This document shows positions 9,753 to 21,323 of a stretch of 64,000 bases of DNA, in pieces. The stretch lies in NCBI GenBank assembly GCA_965219415.1, contig CBDCNP010000002.1, positions 5,120,001-5,184,000 of the forward strand. The letters are read 5' to 3'. This stretch comes from Candidatus Marinacidobacterales bacterium (GTDB lineage: Bacteria > Acidobacteriota > Vicinamibacteria > Marinacidobacterales > DATDRI01). Each line of letters starts with the position of its first letter. Positions within the stretch are counted from its first letter, which is position 1. The position numbers were made by a program, and so were the translations under genes. The notes beneath the pieces were generated by a model. It worked only from the letters and a program-made list of their open reading frames with translations, did not search any database and was not told the DNA's origin.

Positions 9753-11011
9753 TGAAGTGACCCCGCTTTCGTGGACAGGTTAAGAGTTAGGGATCAAGCG
9801 TCGCGATAGTACCTCCTTTCGAATTGGATAGGCGAGCAATAGTCGATGGCGGAGTGTCGTCGTCGCGGGTTGTACCAGCCTTCGATGAAATCGAAGGTCG
9901 CCATGCGCGCCTCAGCGTGGTAGCGAAACGACCGGCGCTCGATCAGCTCGCACTCGAGCGTCGCGAAGAAGCTCTCGCACATCGCATTGTCGTAACAGTC
10001 CCCGACCGAACCCATCGACGGTCGCACCCCGGCCTCCCGGCATCGCTGGCCGAACGCTAGTGACGTGTACTGCGTGCCCTGGTCCGAGTGATGGATGACG
10101 TCGCCGGGCTTGCGTTGGAACAGCGCCATGTCGAGGGCGCTCAAGACGAGCGACGTCCGCAGGTGGGTAGCCATTGCCCATCCGACGATGCGTCGGCTGA
10201 AGGCGTCCAGCACGACGGCGAGGAACAAGAAGCCCGACCACGTGGGCACGTAGGTGATATCGGCGACCCACAGGCGGTCGGGCCGGTCCACCTCGAAATT
10301 CCTGTCGACGAGATCGGGGGCGGGACGGGCGTCGTCACAGCGAATCGTAGTGTGCGCCCTCTTGCGCCGGTGAACACCTTGAATGCCAGCCTCGCGCATC
10401 AGCCGCGCTACACCGCTTGCGTGAGACGTGGAGCTCGTGTGTCTCTCGTAGCTCGTGGAGAATCCTCGGCGCGCCGTACGTGCTCCGCGACGCGGTGTGA
10501 ATCGCCCGGATCTTCTCAAGCAACTCCGCATCCGACACCGCGCGGGCCGACGGGGCACGCTCAAGCCACGCATAGTAGCCGCTGGCGGAGACGTCCAGCA
10601 GTCGGCACATCGTGGCAACCGGTAGTGAATCCTGGTTCGCCCTCACGAATCGGAAGGCTTCGGTGGTACCGACTCGGTCTCCCGAGCGAACCAGGCCGCG
10701 GCTTTTGAGAGGATCTCCCGCTCCAACCGTAGTTGACGGTTCTCCCGTCGCAGGCGGCGGAGCTCCGCACGCTCCTCACTCGTCAGACCGTCCTGCCTGC
10801 GACCCTCGTCGAGATCCGCCTGGTTCACCCAGTTCCGGATCGTCTGGCCCGAGGGCTCAAACTCTCGCGCCAGCTCTTCGGAGCCGCGGCCAGCTCGCAC
10901 CAGCTCTACCATTTGGCGCCGGAATTCGGCCGCGTATCTGTTTCCCTGCTTTGACATCGTGGACTCCTGTCTCCCAAAGGATTAGGTGTCCACGAAAGCG
11001 GGTCAAGTCCA
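9753..11011 (-). mobile_element. IS3-family element copy 1 (orfA 10643-10957; orfB frameshifted)
   Basis: IRs TGGACTTGACCCGCTTTCGTGGACA / TGAAGTGACCCCGCTTTCGTGGACA; WVADITY, HHSDQG, ESFF. Confidence 0.93.
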
Positions 11012-11206
11012 AAAACAGGGAAAAACAGGCAATTTGGGGCCATTTTGGGTCTGATCTTGAGTTCGTTTGTATTTTTGGACAGGACGGGCTTCGGCACGCC
11101 AAAGGCGGTTGCGGCAGTCGATCCTTTTCATAAAACAACATAGTAGCATCCAGCATTCGGGATTCCGGATGCTGTGATATACGATGCCCCCTTTGGGAGG
11201 TGCTCT

Positions 11207-12691
11207 ATGAAACGGCTCCTGGTGGTGACGACCGTTCTCTCTTCTCTCTTCTGCGCTCCGGCGAGCAACGTGCCGGTCGACGTGGACCTCGTTTTTCTTG
11301 GCGGGCGAGTCATGGATCCGGAGAGCGGTCTAGACGCGATCCGCAACGTCGCCATCGCGGACGGCACCATCGTCGCTATCACCGAGCAGCCACTCGAGGG
11401 CGAGCAAAGCATCGATGCGAGCGGGCTTGTGGTGGCTCCCGGTTTCATCGATCTCCACGCGCACGGGCAGGATCCGGTCAGTAACCGACTGCAGGTGGCC
11501 GACGGCGTGACCACTGCTCTGGAGATGGAGATCGGCGTATACCCGGTCAGTGCTTGGCTGGCCTCCCGGGACGGCGAGGCGGTCATCAACTACGGAGCGA
11601 CAGTCAGCCACGTGGGGGCGCGAATTAAGCTCTTCCATGACATCGATGTCGGAAGCTGGACGCTTAGTGACCCGAATGATCCAAACCGGGTGCGGCTCAT
11701 GCACGACACCGACTATGCCTACAAAGCTACTACCACCGAAGAGTTGGAGAGGCTCGAAGGAATGATGGTTAACGGAATCCGCGAGGGGGGCCTCGGGTTC
11801 GGCTTCGGCATCACCTATTCTCCCGGTGCTTCGCGAGAAGAGATCTTCCGTTTGTTTGAGATCGCAAAGCGAGAGGACGTCCCGATCTATGTGCACGTTC
11901 GAGGCGAGAACTCCGGCGGCACGCTAGGTGCGTTTCAGGAAGTGCTTGCGAACGCCGCTTCGACGGGTGCCTCCCTTCACATCGTCCACATGAACAGTAG
12001 CGCCGACGAGCTCGCAAGGACGACGCTGAAGATGATTCGAGGCGCCCACGAGCGGGGCCTGGACATCACGACCGAATCCTATCCTTACACCGCTGGCTCT
12101 ACACGCCTCGAGTCAGCGCTGTTCGATTCGTGGCAGGGACTCTCGGACGAGGAATATGGTCGACTCCAGTGGGTGCCCACCGGCGAGCGGCTCGACGCCG
12201 CGAGCTTCGAGCGGTTTCGCCAAGAGGGAGGCTGGGTCATCATTCATGGTCGCTCGGAGGAAACAAACGAGTGGATCCTCGCTCAGCCCGACGTCATCGC
12301 AGCGAGCGACGGTATTCCCTTCCTCCACGGACCGGCCCATCCACGCGGGGCCGGAACTTACGCACGGATACTTGGCCACTACGTGCGCGAGCGAAGAGCC
12401 CTCTCGCTGATGGATGCGCTCGGCAAGATGACGATTCTTCCCGCTCAAAGACTCGAAGGCGTAGCCCAGAAAATGAGGAAGAAGGGCCGCGTTCAGGTGG
12501 GTGCCGACGCGGATCTCACACTCTTCGATCCGGAAACGATTATCGACCGTGCGACATACGAAAAGAGCGATGTACCCTCCGCGGGCATCATACATGTGCT
12601 GGTCGGTGGCACGTTCGTTGTGAGGGACTCGGAGATTGTCGACGACGTGTTTCCGGGAAGAGCGATTCGGTCGAGCCCGAGCGGTTCCTGA
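11207..12691 (+). CDS. Secreted amidohydrolase (N-acyl-D-amino-acid deacylase-like)
   Basis: GGGAGG RBS, signal peptide, VAPGFIDLHAH, ASDG, HPRGAGT, GADADLTLFD. Confidence 0.88.
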   Translation: MKRLLVVTTVLSSLFCAPASNVPVDVDLVFLGGRVMDPESGLDAIRNVAIADGTIVAITEQPLEGEQSIDASGLVVAPGFIDLHAHGQDPVSNRLQVADGVTTALEMEIGVYPVSAWLASRDGEAVINYGATVSHVGARIKLFHDIDVGSWTLSDPNDPNRVRLMHDTDYAYKATTTEELERLEGMMVNGIREGGLGFGFGITYSPGASREEIFRLFEIAKREDVPIYVHVRGENSGGTLGAFQEVLANAASTGASLHIVHMNSSADELARTTLKMIRGAHERGLDITTESYPYTAGSTRLESALFDSWQGLSDEEYGRLQWVPTGERLDAASFERFRQEGGWVIIHGRSEETNEWILAQPDVIAASDGIPFLHGPAHPRGAGTYARILGHYVRERRALSLMDALGKMTILPAQRLEGVAQKMRKKGRVQVGADADLTLFDPETIIDRATYEKSDVPSAGIIHVLVGGTFVVRDSEIVDDVFPGRAIRSSPSGS

Positions 12692-12870
12692 ACGCTCCAT
12701 CGGAGAACAGGAGCGCCATGGCATTCACGAGAAAAGGACGCCTGCTACCGGCGGTTCGGTCGCCGGCGGCCGATTGATATGGCCAAACGGATGAATCTCC
12801 GGGATTTGTTGGAACGGTTGTTTCCCGGCGCCTCATCCAACACAGTGGCCACAAGGACCTCTCCTGCTGG

Positions 12871-12947
12871 CCGTCTGGTCAAAATACTCGAACGCCCAGC
12901 GGGTCAGAGCAGTTTGTACCTTTCCAAAGGCTGCTTGAATCCCGTCC
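12871..12947 (+). repeat. rve-family end, variant C (CCGTCTGGTCAAAATACTC)
   Basis: Matches reverse complement of 30530-30599. Confidence 0.7.
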
Positions 12948-14206
12948 TGGACTTGACCCGCTTTCGTGGACACCTAATCCTTTGGGAGACAGGAGTCCAC
13001 GATGTCAAAGCAGGGAAACAGATACGCGGCCGAATTCCGGCGCCAAATGGTAGAGCTGGTGCGAGCTGGCCGCGGCTCCGAAGAGCTGGCGCGAGAGTTT
13101 GAGCCCTCGGGCCAGACGATCCGGAACTGGGTGAACCAGGCGGATCTCGACGAGGGTCGCAGGCAGGACGGTCTGACGAGTGAGGAGCGTGCGGAGCTCC
13201 GCCGCCTGCGACGGGAGAACCGTCAACTACGGTTGGAGCGGGAGATCCTCTCAAAAGCCGCGGCCTGGTTCGCTCGGGAGACCGAGTCGGTACCACCGAA
13301 GCCTTCCGATTCGTGAGGGCGAACCAGGATTCACTACCGGTTGCCACGATGTGCCGACTGCTGGACGTCTCCGCCAGCGGCTACTATGCGTGGCTTGAGC
13401 GTGCCCCGTCGGCCCGCGCGGTGTCGGATGCGGAGTTGCTTGAGAAGATCCGGGCGATTCACACCGCGTCGCGGAGCACGTACGGCGCGCCGAGGATTCT
13501 CCACGAGCTACGAGAGACACACGAGCTCCACGTCTCACGCAAGCGGTGTAGCGCGGCTGATGCGCGAGGCTGGCATTCAAGGTGTTCACCGGCGCAAGAG
13601 GGCGCACACTACGATTCGCTGTGACGACGCCCGTCCCGCCCCCGATCTCGTCGACAGGAATTTCGAGGTGGACCGGCCCGACCGCCTGTGGGTCGCCGAT
13701 ATCACCTACGTGCCCACGTGGTCGGGCTTCTTGTTCCTCGCCGTCGTGCTGGACGCCTTCAGCCGACGCATCGTCGGATGGGCAATGGCTACCCACCTGC
13801 GGACGTCGCTCGTCTTGAGCGCCCTCGACATGGCGCTGTTCCAACGCAAGCCCGGCGACGTCATCCATCACTCGGACCAGGGCACGCAGTACACGTCACT
13901 AGCGTTCGGCCAGCGATGCCGGGAGGCCGGGGTGCGACCGTCGATGGGTTCGGTCGGGGACTGTTACGACAATGCGATGTGCGAGAGCTTCTTCGCGACG
14001 CTCGAGTGCGAGCTGATCGAGCGCCGGTCGTTTCGCTACCACGCTGAGGCGCGCATGGCGACCTTCGATTTCATCGAAGGCTGGTACAACCCGCGACGAC
14101 GACACTCCGCCATCGACTATTGCTCGCCTATCCAATTCGAAAGGAGGTACTATCGCGACGCTTGATCCCTAACTCTTAACCTGTCCACGAAAGCGGGGTC
14201 ACTTCA
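12948..14206 (+). mobile_element. IS3-family element copy 2 (orfA 13002-13316; orfB frameshifted)
   Basis: Same IRs and same +1 base (AAGCGGTGTAG) as copy 1. Confidence 0.93.
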
Positions 14207-14220
14207 GACTACTGACCAAT

Positions 14221-15005
14221 CCCGTCCTTGTGCCAAAACTCGGCCCTTTTGAAATAGGCCATAAATCAGCAACTTAGTGTCTGTGTTTGCGACCGGGCCA
14301 AGGGCCGTGGGCTTTACAATCGTCTTGGGCGGGCGGGTCGTCACCATGCAGATGACCACCTAGTCGAGAGCGAATATCGAAGCGTGTTCCTGAAGCTGTT
14401 TCCACGCTACGCCTGTCTAGCCCGCCGAGTGGCTACCGTCGCCGGCGACCATCTACGCGGCACGGCAGTAGTAGTTGAGAATGCCCAAAAGTCGCTCTCG
14501 CGACACGATGGGCCAGTGTCATTCGCGCTTGCCGGCAGAGGTGTGATGAGCTCGTTGCCGAGACCTTGGTGGTTCCGTTCTGTGTGATAGTGCACTACGT
14601 ATTCGGTTACCGCTGTCCGCAGGTGTCGCTCACTGAGAGGTACGAAGCGGTCGAGACACTCTCGACGTATGGAGAGAACGAATCTTTCCGCGTATGCGTT
14701 CAGATTCGGACTATTGGCGGGAAGGCGCAGGGGCTTCACGCCTGAATCTCTCAACAGCCCACGTACCGCCTCGGTGAATAGTGGGTCCCGGTCGTGGATG
14801 AGGTATCGCTTGCCAAGGAGGAAACCATCCCACAGGTCAGTGAGGTTTCTTGCCACCTGCTTCATCCACTCCCCGTTGGGGTCCGACGTTATCCCACCGA
14901 TGCACACGCAGCGAGTGGCGATATCGATGACAAACAGGACATGGTAGCGGACGAGCCCGAACGGGTTCACCACCTCGACGGGGAACAGGTCTGTCGCAGC
15001 GATGG
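14221..15005 (-). mobile_element. 3' half of rve element variant B2
   Basis: ATDLFPVE...HDRD...NAYAERF; end CCCGTCCTTGTGCCAAAA at 14221; cut by a C-type end at 15006. Confidence 0.85.
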
Positions 15006-15098
15006 CCGTGAGGTCAAAATACTCATGCGGTTTCCCGATGGTAGAAACGTAGCAACCCGCCAAGCTGTTCACGGGAGCGCACCTTGCGCTCGGACTGA

Positions 15099-15264
15099 GG
15101 TGCTTGCGCTGTTTGCTGTTGGTGATATGTACGTATCCCTTTGCAAAAAAAGCGCTTACTCTCCATTTAGCGCGCGGCGAAGGTCGTGAGCGCTATTTCG
15201 GCTGTAATTTAATGCAGCGTAAAGTCTTAGCGTCATCTCACCAACACTTAATGGCAGAAGTACC
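15099..15264 (-). mobile_element. Family-A MITE followed by rve B2 end (15265-15399)
   Basis: Full-length TIR pair. Confidence 0.85.
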
Positions 15265-15399
15265 GTCATCTGCATGGTGACGACCCGCCCGCCCAAGACG
15301 ATTGTAAAGCCCACGGCCCTTGGCCCGGTCGCAAACACAGACACTAAGTTGCTGATTTATGGCCTATTTCAAAAGGGCCGAGTTTTGGCACAGGACGGG

Positions 15400-15634
15400 G
15401 TTGTCTACCACCGACATCACGCTGGTGATGTTCGACTGCTGCAGCATCATCGGTTCGGCGACGACGTTGCGCGCGAAGATTTGGGGCTCTTCGGCGACTA
15501 CGCTGACCGTTTCAAGCCGCCGTGCGACCTGCAGGACGATCGAGAGCGTTTGGTGGCCGCCCGCCTCGACGGAGACCGGGAAGTCCACCGTCTCGAAGCC
15601 CGGCAGGATTGCAGTGACGAGGTAGTCGCCCGCC
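15400..15634 (-). pseudogene. Internal fragment of a TonB-dependent-receptor-like gene
   Basis: DFPVSVEAGGHQTLSIVLQVARRLETVSVVAEEP resembles the carboxypeptidase-regulatory domain/TonB-box region; bounded by element ends on both sides. Confidence 0.5.
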
Positions 15635-15750
15635 CCGCGTAACTCGTTCGTGTGCTAGAGTTTCTCCTGATTTCGAAGAGTTTCTCCTGATTTCGAGAAG
15701 CGCAGTTCTTTCGTCGATGCCAGCTGGGCCGAGTTTTGGCACAGGACGGG
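15635..15750 (+). repeat. Hybrid end unit copy 2 with 20-bp tandem duplication
   Basis: AGAGTTTCTCCTGATTTCGA x2, then GGGCCGAGTTTTGGCACAGGACGGG. Confidence 0.7.
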
Positions 15751-15842
15751 GTCGTTTTACCCACAAGGAAGTTTTCCTGAGATCATGAACGCCGACTGCC
15801 CCGTGGCCAGCTCCTATCGACCTGGCCCACAATAGCCGGACG

Positions 15843-18383
15843 ATGACGGGTCCCCTCTACGAGTTGCTGCCCCGCGGCGAGGCAGGGAGCGACGAGCTTC
15901 TCGGTCGCTTCCTCGACTATGTCTCGCACCTGGGTCTCACACTCTACCCAGCTCAGGAGGACGCGATCCTCGCGCTCTTCGAGGGGCACAACGTCATCCT
16001 GAACACCCCTACCGGTTCAGGGAAGTCGCTGGTCGCCTCCGCGCTACACTTCATGTCTCTCGCTCATGGGCGACGTTCCGTCTACACCTGTCCCATCAAA
16101 GCGCTAGTCAACGAGAAGTGGATGGCACTCTGCCGCGAGCTTGGTCCTACGAACGTCGGTCTCTCCACGGGCGACGCCACCGTCAACCGCGGAGGACCAG
16201 TCCTCTGCTGCACCGCGGAGATCCTCGCGAACATGGCCTTGCGAGAGGGGAAAGATGCGGCGGTGGACGACGTGGTGATGGACGAGTTCCACTGGTACGC
16301 CGACCGCGATCGCGGGGTTGCCTGGCAGGTACCGCTTCTTACCCTGCCCCAGACACGCTTCCTCCTCATGTCCGCCACTCTCGGTGACGTGGCCTTCTTC
16401 GAGGAGGCGCTCACCGGCCGGAATGGTCGGCCCACCGTCACGGTGAAGTCCATTGAGCGACCCGTTCCGCTCGACCACGCCTATTCCGAGATCCCCTTGG
16501 CGAAGGCGGTAGAAAAGCTCGCCTCCGAGGACAAGGCGCCGATCTACATCGTTCACTTCACGCAGAAAGACGCCGCGGACAGCGCACAGGCTTTCACGAG
16601 CCTCAGGCTCTCGACCCGTCAGGAGAAGAACCAGGTAGCGGCGGCGATCGAAGGGGTCCGCTTCACGAGCCCCTACGGCCCCAAGGTCCGCAAGTGGCTC
16701 CGGCAGGGCATAGGTGTGCACCACGCGGGACTCCTTCCCAAGTATCGAGTGCTGGTCGAACAACTCGCCCAGCAAGGACTCCTCAAGGTCATCTGCGGCA
16801 CGGACACGCTGGGTGTGGGCATCAACGTGCCGATCCGGACGGTGCTCTTCACCAGGCTCTGCAAGTTCGACGGGCACAAGACGGCGGTCCTCTCCGCCCG
16901 CGATTTCCACCAGACCGCCGGGCGCGCGGGCAGGAAGGGCTTCGACGAGGAAGGCTTCGTGGTGGCGCAGGCCCCGGATCATGTGATCGAGAACTTGAAA
17001 CTCGGGGAGAAGGCGAAAGAGGGCAAGAAGGTCGTCAAGAGGAAGCCCCCCGAGCACAACTTCGCCAACTGGGACCGGCAGACCTATGAGCGGCTCATCG
17101 TCGCTCCCCCGGAGCGACTCACTTCCCGTTTCGACGTGTCGCACGGGATGCTCTTGAACGTCCTTTCGCGTCAGAGCGACGGGTGCCTCGCGATGCGGAG
17201 GCTTATCCGGGTGAGCCACGAGCCCGACCGCGCCAAGGGAGGTCACTTTCGACGGGGATGGCAGCTTTTCCGTTCCCTTTTGGCGCGCGGCATCGTCGAA
17301 ATCGTTCCCAGAACGGCGGAGGGCTCGCGGCTTCGTGTGAATGTCGAGCTTCAAGAGGACTTCTCGATGGATCAAGCCCTCTCGCTCTATCTTCTCGAGA
17401 CGCTCCCGCTCCTCGATCCGGAGTCGGAGATCCACGCGCTCGACATCCTCACGCTGGTTGAAAGCATTCTCGAGGACCCAAAGCTTATCCTGCGCCGACA
17501 GCTCGACAAGCTGAAGGGGAAGGCGGTCGCGGAGATGAAGGCCGAGGGCCTCGACTACGACCAGCGCATGGAAGAACTCGAAAAGCTCGAGTACCCGAAG
17601 CCTCTGCGGGAATTCATCTACGCGACGTTCAACGCCTTCGCCGACCGGCACCCCTGGGTCGATGAGGAGAACATCCGGCCGAAGTCGATCGCGCGGGAGA
17701 TGTTCGAGAGCTTTCGCTCGTTCTCGGATTACGTGCAGGAGTACGACCTCGAGCGGGCCGAGGGGCTCCTCCTGCGCCACCTCAATAGCGTCTACAAGGT
17801 TCTCCGGCAGACCGTGCCAGACCAAGTGAAGACCGACGAGGTCGTCGAGATGGAACTCTACCTGCGCGATATGTTGCGTCAGGTGGACTCGAGCCTTCTT
17901 GAGGAGTGGGAGAGGATGCGCGACTCGAACTACCGGCCGGAGGAGCGGGAGGAGTCGCGGCCACCACTTTCGGAGGAGGCACCGGACGTCACGCACGATA
18001 CCAAAGCCTTCACTGCCGCCATTCGCACGCGTGTCTTCGCCTTCCTCCGTGCGTGGTCGATCGGAGACGAGGAAGCGGCGCTTCGTACCATCGACTCGGA
18101 GGTTGACGCTGACGGAGGGCTCTGGAGCCCGGAGCGCCTGCGCGCGGCCCGCGAGGCTTTTCGCGTAGACCACGCGGGCCTGCGCCTCGACCCCGAGGCG
18201 CGGAACCTCCGCCACACGCACGTGAAACTCTCGGACGATCGGACTACATGGCGCGTCGAGCAGATGCTCGTGGATCTGGAGGACCTCAATGATTGGATCG
18301 CGGAGCTGGGGGTAAATCTCGAAACCTCGCGCGAGGCAGGACAGCCGATGGTTCAGCTACTGCGTCTCGAAACCCTGGTCTGA
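15843..18383 (+). CDS. SF2 DEAD/DEAH-box RNA helicase (Ski2/HelY-like, DUF3516 C-terminus)
   Basis: [31 protein letters not shown]. Confidence 0.92.
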   Translation: MTGPLYELLPRGEAGSDELLGRFLDYVSHLGLTLYPAQEDAILALFEGHNVILNTPTGSGKSLVASALHFMSLAHGRRSVYTCPIKALVNEKWMALCRELGPTNVGLSTGDATVNRGGPVLCCTAEILANMALREGKDAAVDDVVMDEFHWYADRDRGVAWQVPLLTLPQTRFLLMSATLGDVAFFEEALTGRNGRPTVTVKSIERPVPLDHAYSEIPLAKAVEKLASEDKAPIYIVHFTQKDAADSAQAFTSLRLSTRQEKNQVAAAIEGVRFTSPYGPKVRKWLRQGIGVHHAGLLPKYRVLVEQLAQQGLLKVICGTDTLGVGINVPIRTVLFTRLCKFDGHKTAVLSARDFHQTAGRAGRKGFDEEGFVVAQAPDHVIENLKLGEKAKEGKKVVKRKPPEHNFANWDRQTYERLIVAPPERLTSRFDVSHGMLLNVLSRQSDGCLAMRRLIRVSHEPDRAKGGHFRRGWQLFRSLLARGIVEIVPRTAEGSRLRVNVELQEDFSMDQALSLYLLETLPLLDPESEIHALDILTLVESILEDPKLILRRQLDKLKGKAVAEMKAEGLDYDQRMEELEKLEYPKPLREFIYATFNAFADRHPWVDEENIRPKSIAREMFESFRSFSDYVQEYDLERAEGLLLRHLNSVYKVLRQTVPDQVKTDEVVEMELYLRDMLRQVDSSLLEEWERMRDSNYRPEEREESRPPLSEEAPDVTHDTKAFTAAIRTRVFAFLRAWSIGDEEAALRTIDSEVDADGGLWSPERLRAAREAFRVDHAGLRLDPEARNLRHTHVKLSDDRTTWRVEQMLVDLEDLNDWIAELGVNLETSREAGQPMVQLLRLETLV

Positions 18384-18451
18384 GCGGCGTTCAAGGGCGT
18401 GAGGTCAAAATACTCATGCGGCTTCCCGATGGTAGAAACAGAGCAACCCCG

Positions 18452-18556
18452 GTAGGGTCGAGGGCTGGCGCGGTGCTCCGTAGGCGCGGCCTATCTGTTT
18501 CTCCCCGTTTCCTGTGGGAGTGGCTCACTAGCCGCACCGTAAGTCCGTTTCCAGCC
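18452..18556 (-). other. Group II intron 3' (domain VI) remnant
   Basis: Minus strand GGCTGGAAACGG...GAGCCACT..GGAAAC...ATAGG...CGCCAGCCCTCGACCCTAC; domain V and RT absent. Confidence 0.55.
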
Positions 18557-18644
18557 TGTGCATCGTCAAAACTGCTCCGCCCACGAAATCAAGGACTTAC
18601 GCTCCGCTTGAATTCCGGGCCGAAGACGGCGAAACTCCGCCGCT

Positions 18645-19695
18645 ATGCTCAACGTTGTTGTCTTCCTCGTCTCACTTGGTGTCCGTGCCATTCGGGCGAT
18701 GTGTCGGCGCCGCGCCGACCTGGTGTTGGAGAACGTCGCTTTGCGGCAGCAAGTGGTGGCGCTGAAGAAAGAGCGCCCACGCCCACCGCTCGGAGACACG
18801 GAACGGGCTTTCTGGGTTGCTCTTCGAGGTTCGTGGCCCGTGTGGGCGAGCCGCCTGCTCATCGTCCACGCGGACACCGTGGCCCGTTGGCATCGCGACC
18901 GATTCCGACGGTACTGGGCAAAGATCTCGCAGCGCTGCCATCCCGGTCGGCCTCGGATTGATGCCGAGATTTGTCGCGTCGTCCGCACGATGGCGCAAGA
19001 CGGCTGGGGGGCGCCACGCATCCATGCTGAGCTCACCAAGCTCGGTTTCATCATCTCCGAGAGCACGGTGTCGCGATACCTGCCGCGGCGTCCCGCGGAG
19101 CCCGACCAGCTGAAACGATGGATGGCTTTCTTGCGCAACCATAAAGACGATATCGCCGCCATGGATCTGTTCACCGTGCCCACCGCGTCGCTCCGGCTGC
19201 TGTACGGCTTCTTCGTCATCGAGCACGGTCGCCGGCACATCGTTCACTTCAACGCCACGTTCCACCCGACGTCTGCTTGGGTTATTCAGCAACTACGCGA
19301 GGCGTTTCCCTACGACACCGCTCCGAGATATCTCATCTTCGATCGCGACTTCATCTTTAACGCTGCGGTCATCGAGTTCATCAAGGCAACGGGTACAAAA
19401 CCCGTTCGCACTTCGTTTCGCAGCCCATGGTAAAACGGAACCGCGGAGCGGTGGGTCGGCAGCTGCCGTCGCGAGTTCCTTGAGCACGTCGTGGTTCTCG
19501 GCGCATGTCATCTCATCCGGCTCGTGCGAGCTTACATCAGCTACTATCATGAGGAGCGTTGCCACTTGGGGCTGAACAAGGACACACCGAGCTTGAGAAC
19601 GGTCACGCACCGACCGTCTCCTACGGCGAAAGTAGTCGGGACTGCCGCGAATCGGTGGACTGCACCATCGATACGAGTGGCGAGAGGCAGCCTGA
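18645..19695 (+). pseudogene. rve integrase-core transposase pseudogene (third lineage)
   Basis: WGAPRIHAEL, AMDLF, FDRD, SPW*NGTAER (internal TAA at 19431), frameshifted GGLHHRYEWREAA tail. Confidence 0.85.
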
Positions 19696-20052
19696 GTCAG
19701 CTTGGTCGCTCGCGTTACTCGGCTGGTCGCCGAGAAGTTCGTCCTCAGCACCTTCCCTCGCGCGCTGACCACGCTCTCCAGCATGTGCTCGAGGGCGGTC
19801 CGGGCCCTAGAGTCCAGTCCCGGACTAATCCGGACTAATGATGATGATGGACAGGGTTCAGACCCACGGTTCTCAATGAGGTCAGCAATTCCCCAGGTAA
19901 TGGGCCAAACAACTGGGCAGCGAGGTTCAGTAGCCCGGCAGCGCGGTCAGGAGTGAGACCGAGTATGAGCACCCGCCCATTGCGGCAGACACCATCCGCT
20001 CAAAGGTCGGTTGGACGGCGTCCGGCTCGCTACGGGTTGTGATTCTGACAAC

Positions 20053-20140
20053 CTACCGCCGCACGTCGGATTCGTGTTCGAATGGATTAAGGAGATCGAC
20101 TCCGAGTTGGTCAAAATCTCGCACGTTGCGGGTCACGACC
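20053..20140 (-). pseudogene. C-terminal remnant of PIN/VapC toxin
   Basis: VVTRNVRDFDQLGVDLLNPF abutting rve end at 20141. Confidence 0.65.
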
Positions 20141-20365
20141 GCGTCGTGTCCAAAAATAAAAACGAACTCAAGACCAGCCCGCCGGGACGTTTCGGAATAG
20201 ACGGATCTACGCTTGATTGGCCAATGGAAGGAAACGGGGGGTGCTTCCGCAGTCAAGTGTTGGTGGCCGCCGCGTAACCTGTTCATGTGCTGGAGTTTTG
20301 CCTGATTTCGAGAGGCGTAGTTCTTTCATCGATGCCGGCTGGGCCGAGTTTTGGCACAGGACGGG
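20141..20365. repeat. rve B1 left end (20141-20230) plus hybrid end unit copy 3 (20239-20365)
   Basis: GCGTCGTGTCCAAAAA...; GGTGCTTCCGCAGTCAAGTGTTGG...GGCACAGGACGGG. Confidence 0.75.
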
Positions 20366-20493
20366 ATCGTGAACATCGAACGTCTCCGCAGCGGCGCAAC
20401 CCTATATGCGGTCACGGCGGTGAAGGACTCCATAAAGCCGAATATAACAACAGAATTTTCCCTCTTGTTGGCAATCTCTAGTCATAAGTTTTT

Positions 20494-21205
20494 TTATTCG
20501 GAGCCATCGGATTCGACCCTTAGAGCGATGCCGTCCGTGAGAAGAATTGTCTTCGGCAACCACTCAGTTTTCATGTTTTCCAGCTTCGTGCTTTTTAGCT
20601 TCTGATGAGAATCAATAAACTGATTGTATTCCAGGGTGTATGATTCCTGTCGAGTTTCCCCAGCCGCTAGCGGATCATCCTCTTTTAGGTTTATATGCTG
20701 GATGAGGTCGTCAAAGAGGTCTTTGAAAGCGACGCTCCCTTCGAATGCTCGGATATCTTGCTCCAGCTTGTTCTCAAAAGAACACTTTGAACGTAATGTA
20801 GTCCTGATAGCTACGGTTCTGAAAACCCGTCTCGTACACGGTTACGTCAAGAGCATCCAGCAAAACTTTCCGTTGCCGTTCTTCTTCTGCTTTCGCAACT
20901 TCGCGTTTTCGGCGTTCCTCCTCGTGACGAATCTTTTCATCCTCGACGTACTTTCGTTGCTCCCTCGATGAGTTCTCCAATCCTCTTACCTACCGGCAAG
21001 CTCGGGTCTCCTCCACTCAGAGCTTCTCTCATTCCTTTTCTCAATATGTAACCTTGAAGTAGCTGGACTTCTTCGACGGAGAGATCACTGGTGTCCTTGA
21101 TCTTCTCTAGCAGCGAATCCTTATTCTCATCGGTTATCTCTAACTCTCGAACATCAACGCACGCGCCAACGAGTAAGACCGCCAAAGAACGATTCGGAGG
21201 TACAT
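20494..21205 (-). pseudogene. Hypothetical lipoprotein with coiled coil, about three frameshifts
   Basis: MYLRIVL/AVLLVGAC..., EEERRKREVAKAEEERQRK..., KDLFDD..YNQF..; lower GC. Confidence 0.55.
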
Positions 21206-21323
21206 TCGCCTCGCCTCCTTTCCTTGCCCTAATTTGGGAAATTTTATATCGGTAAAGTTTGTTCCTTGCAACTTGATTTATAGGGAATTCGGTGCTTCCG
21301 CCATCAAATGTTGGTGGCCGCCG

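Noticed and set aside
13540-13560. Programmed frameshift inside IS3 orfB
   Set aside because: Copy 3 lacks the extra base and is open; no slippery run at the site
16104-18221. 705-aa minus-strand ORF (also 8483-9415, 44224-45606, 58061-59167, 61879-62562)
   Set aside because: Antisense shadows of well-supported high-GC genes
18452-19695. Retron, DGR or intact retroelement
   Set aside because: No reverse-transcriptase motifs found in the window; only an intron-end remnant
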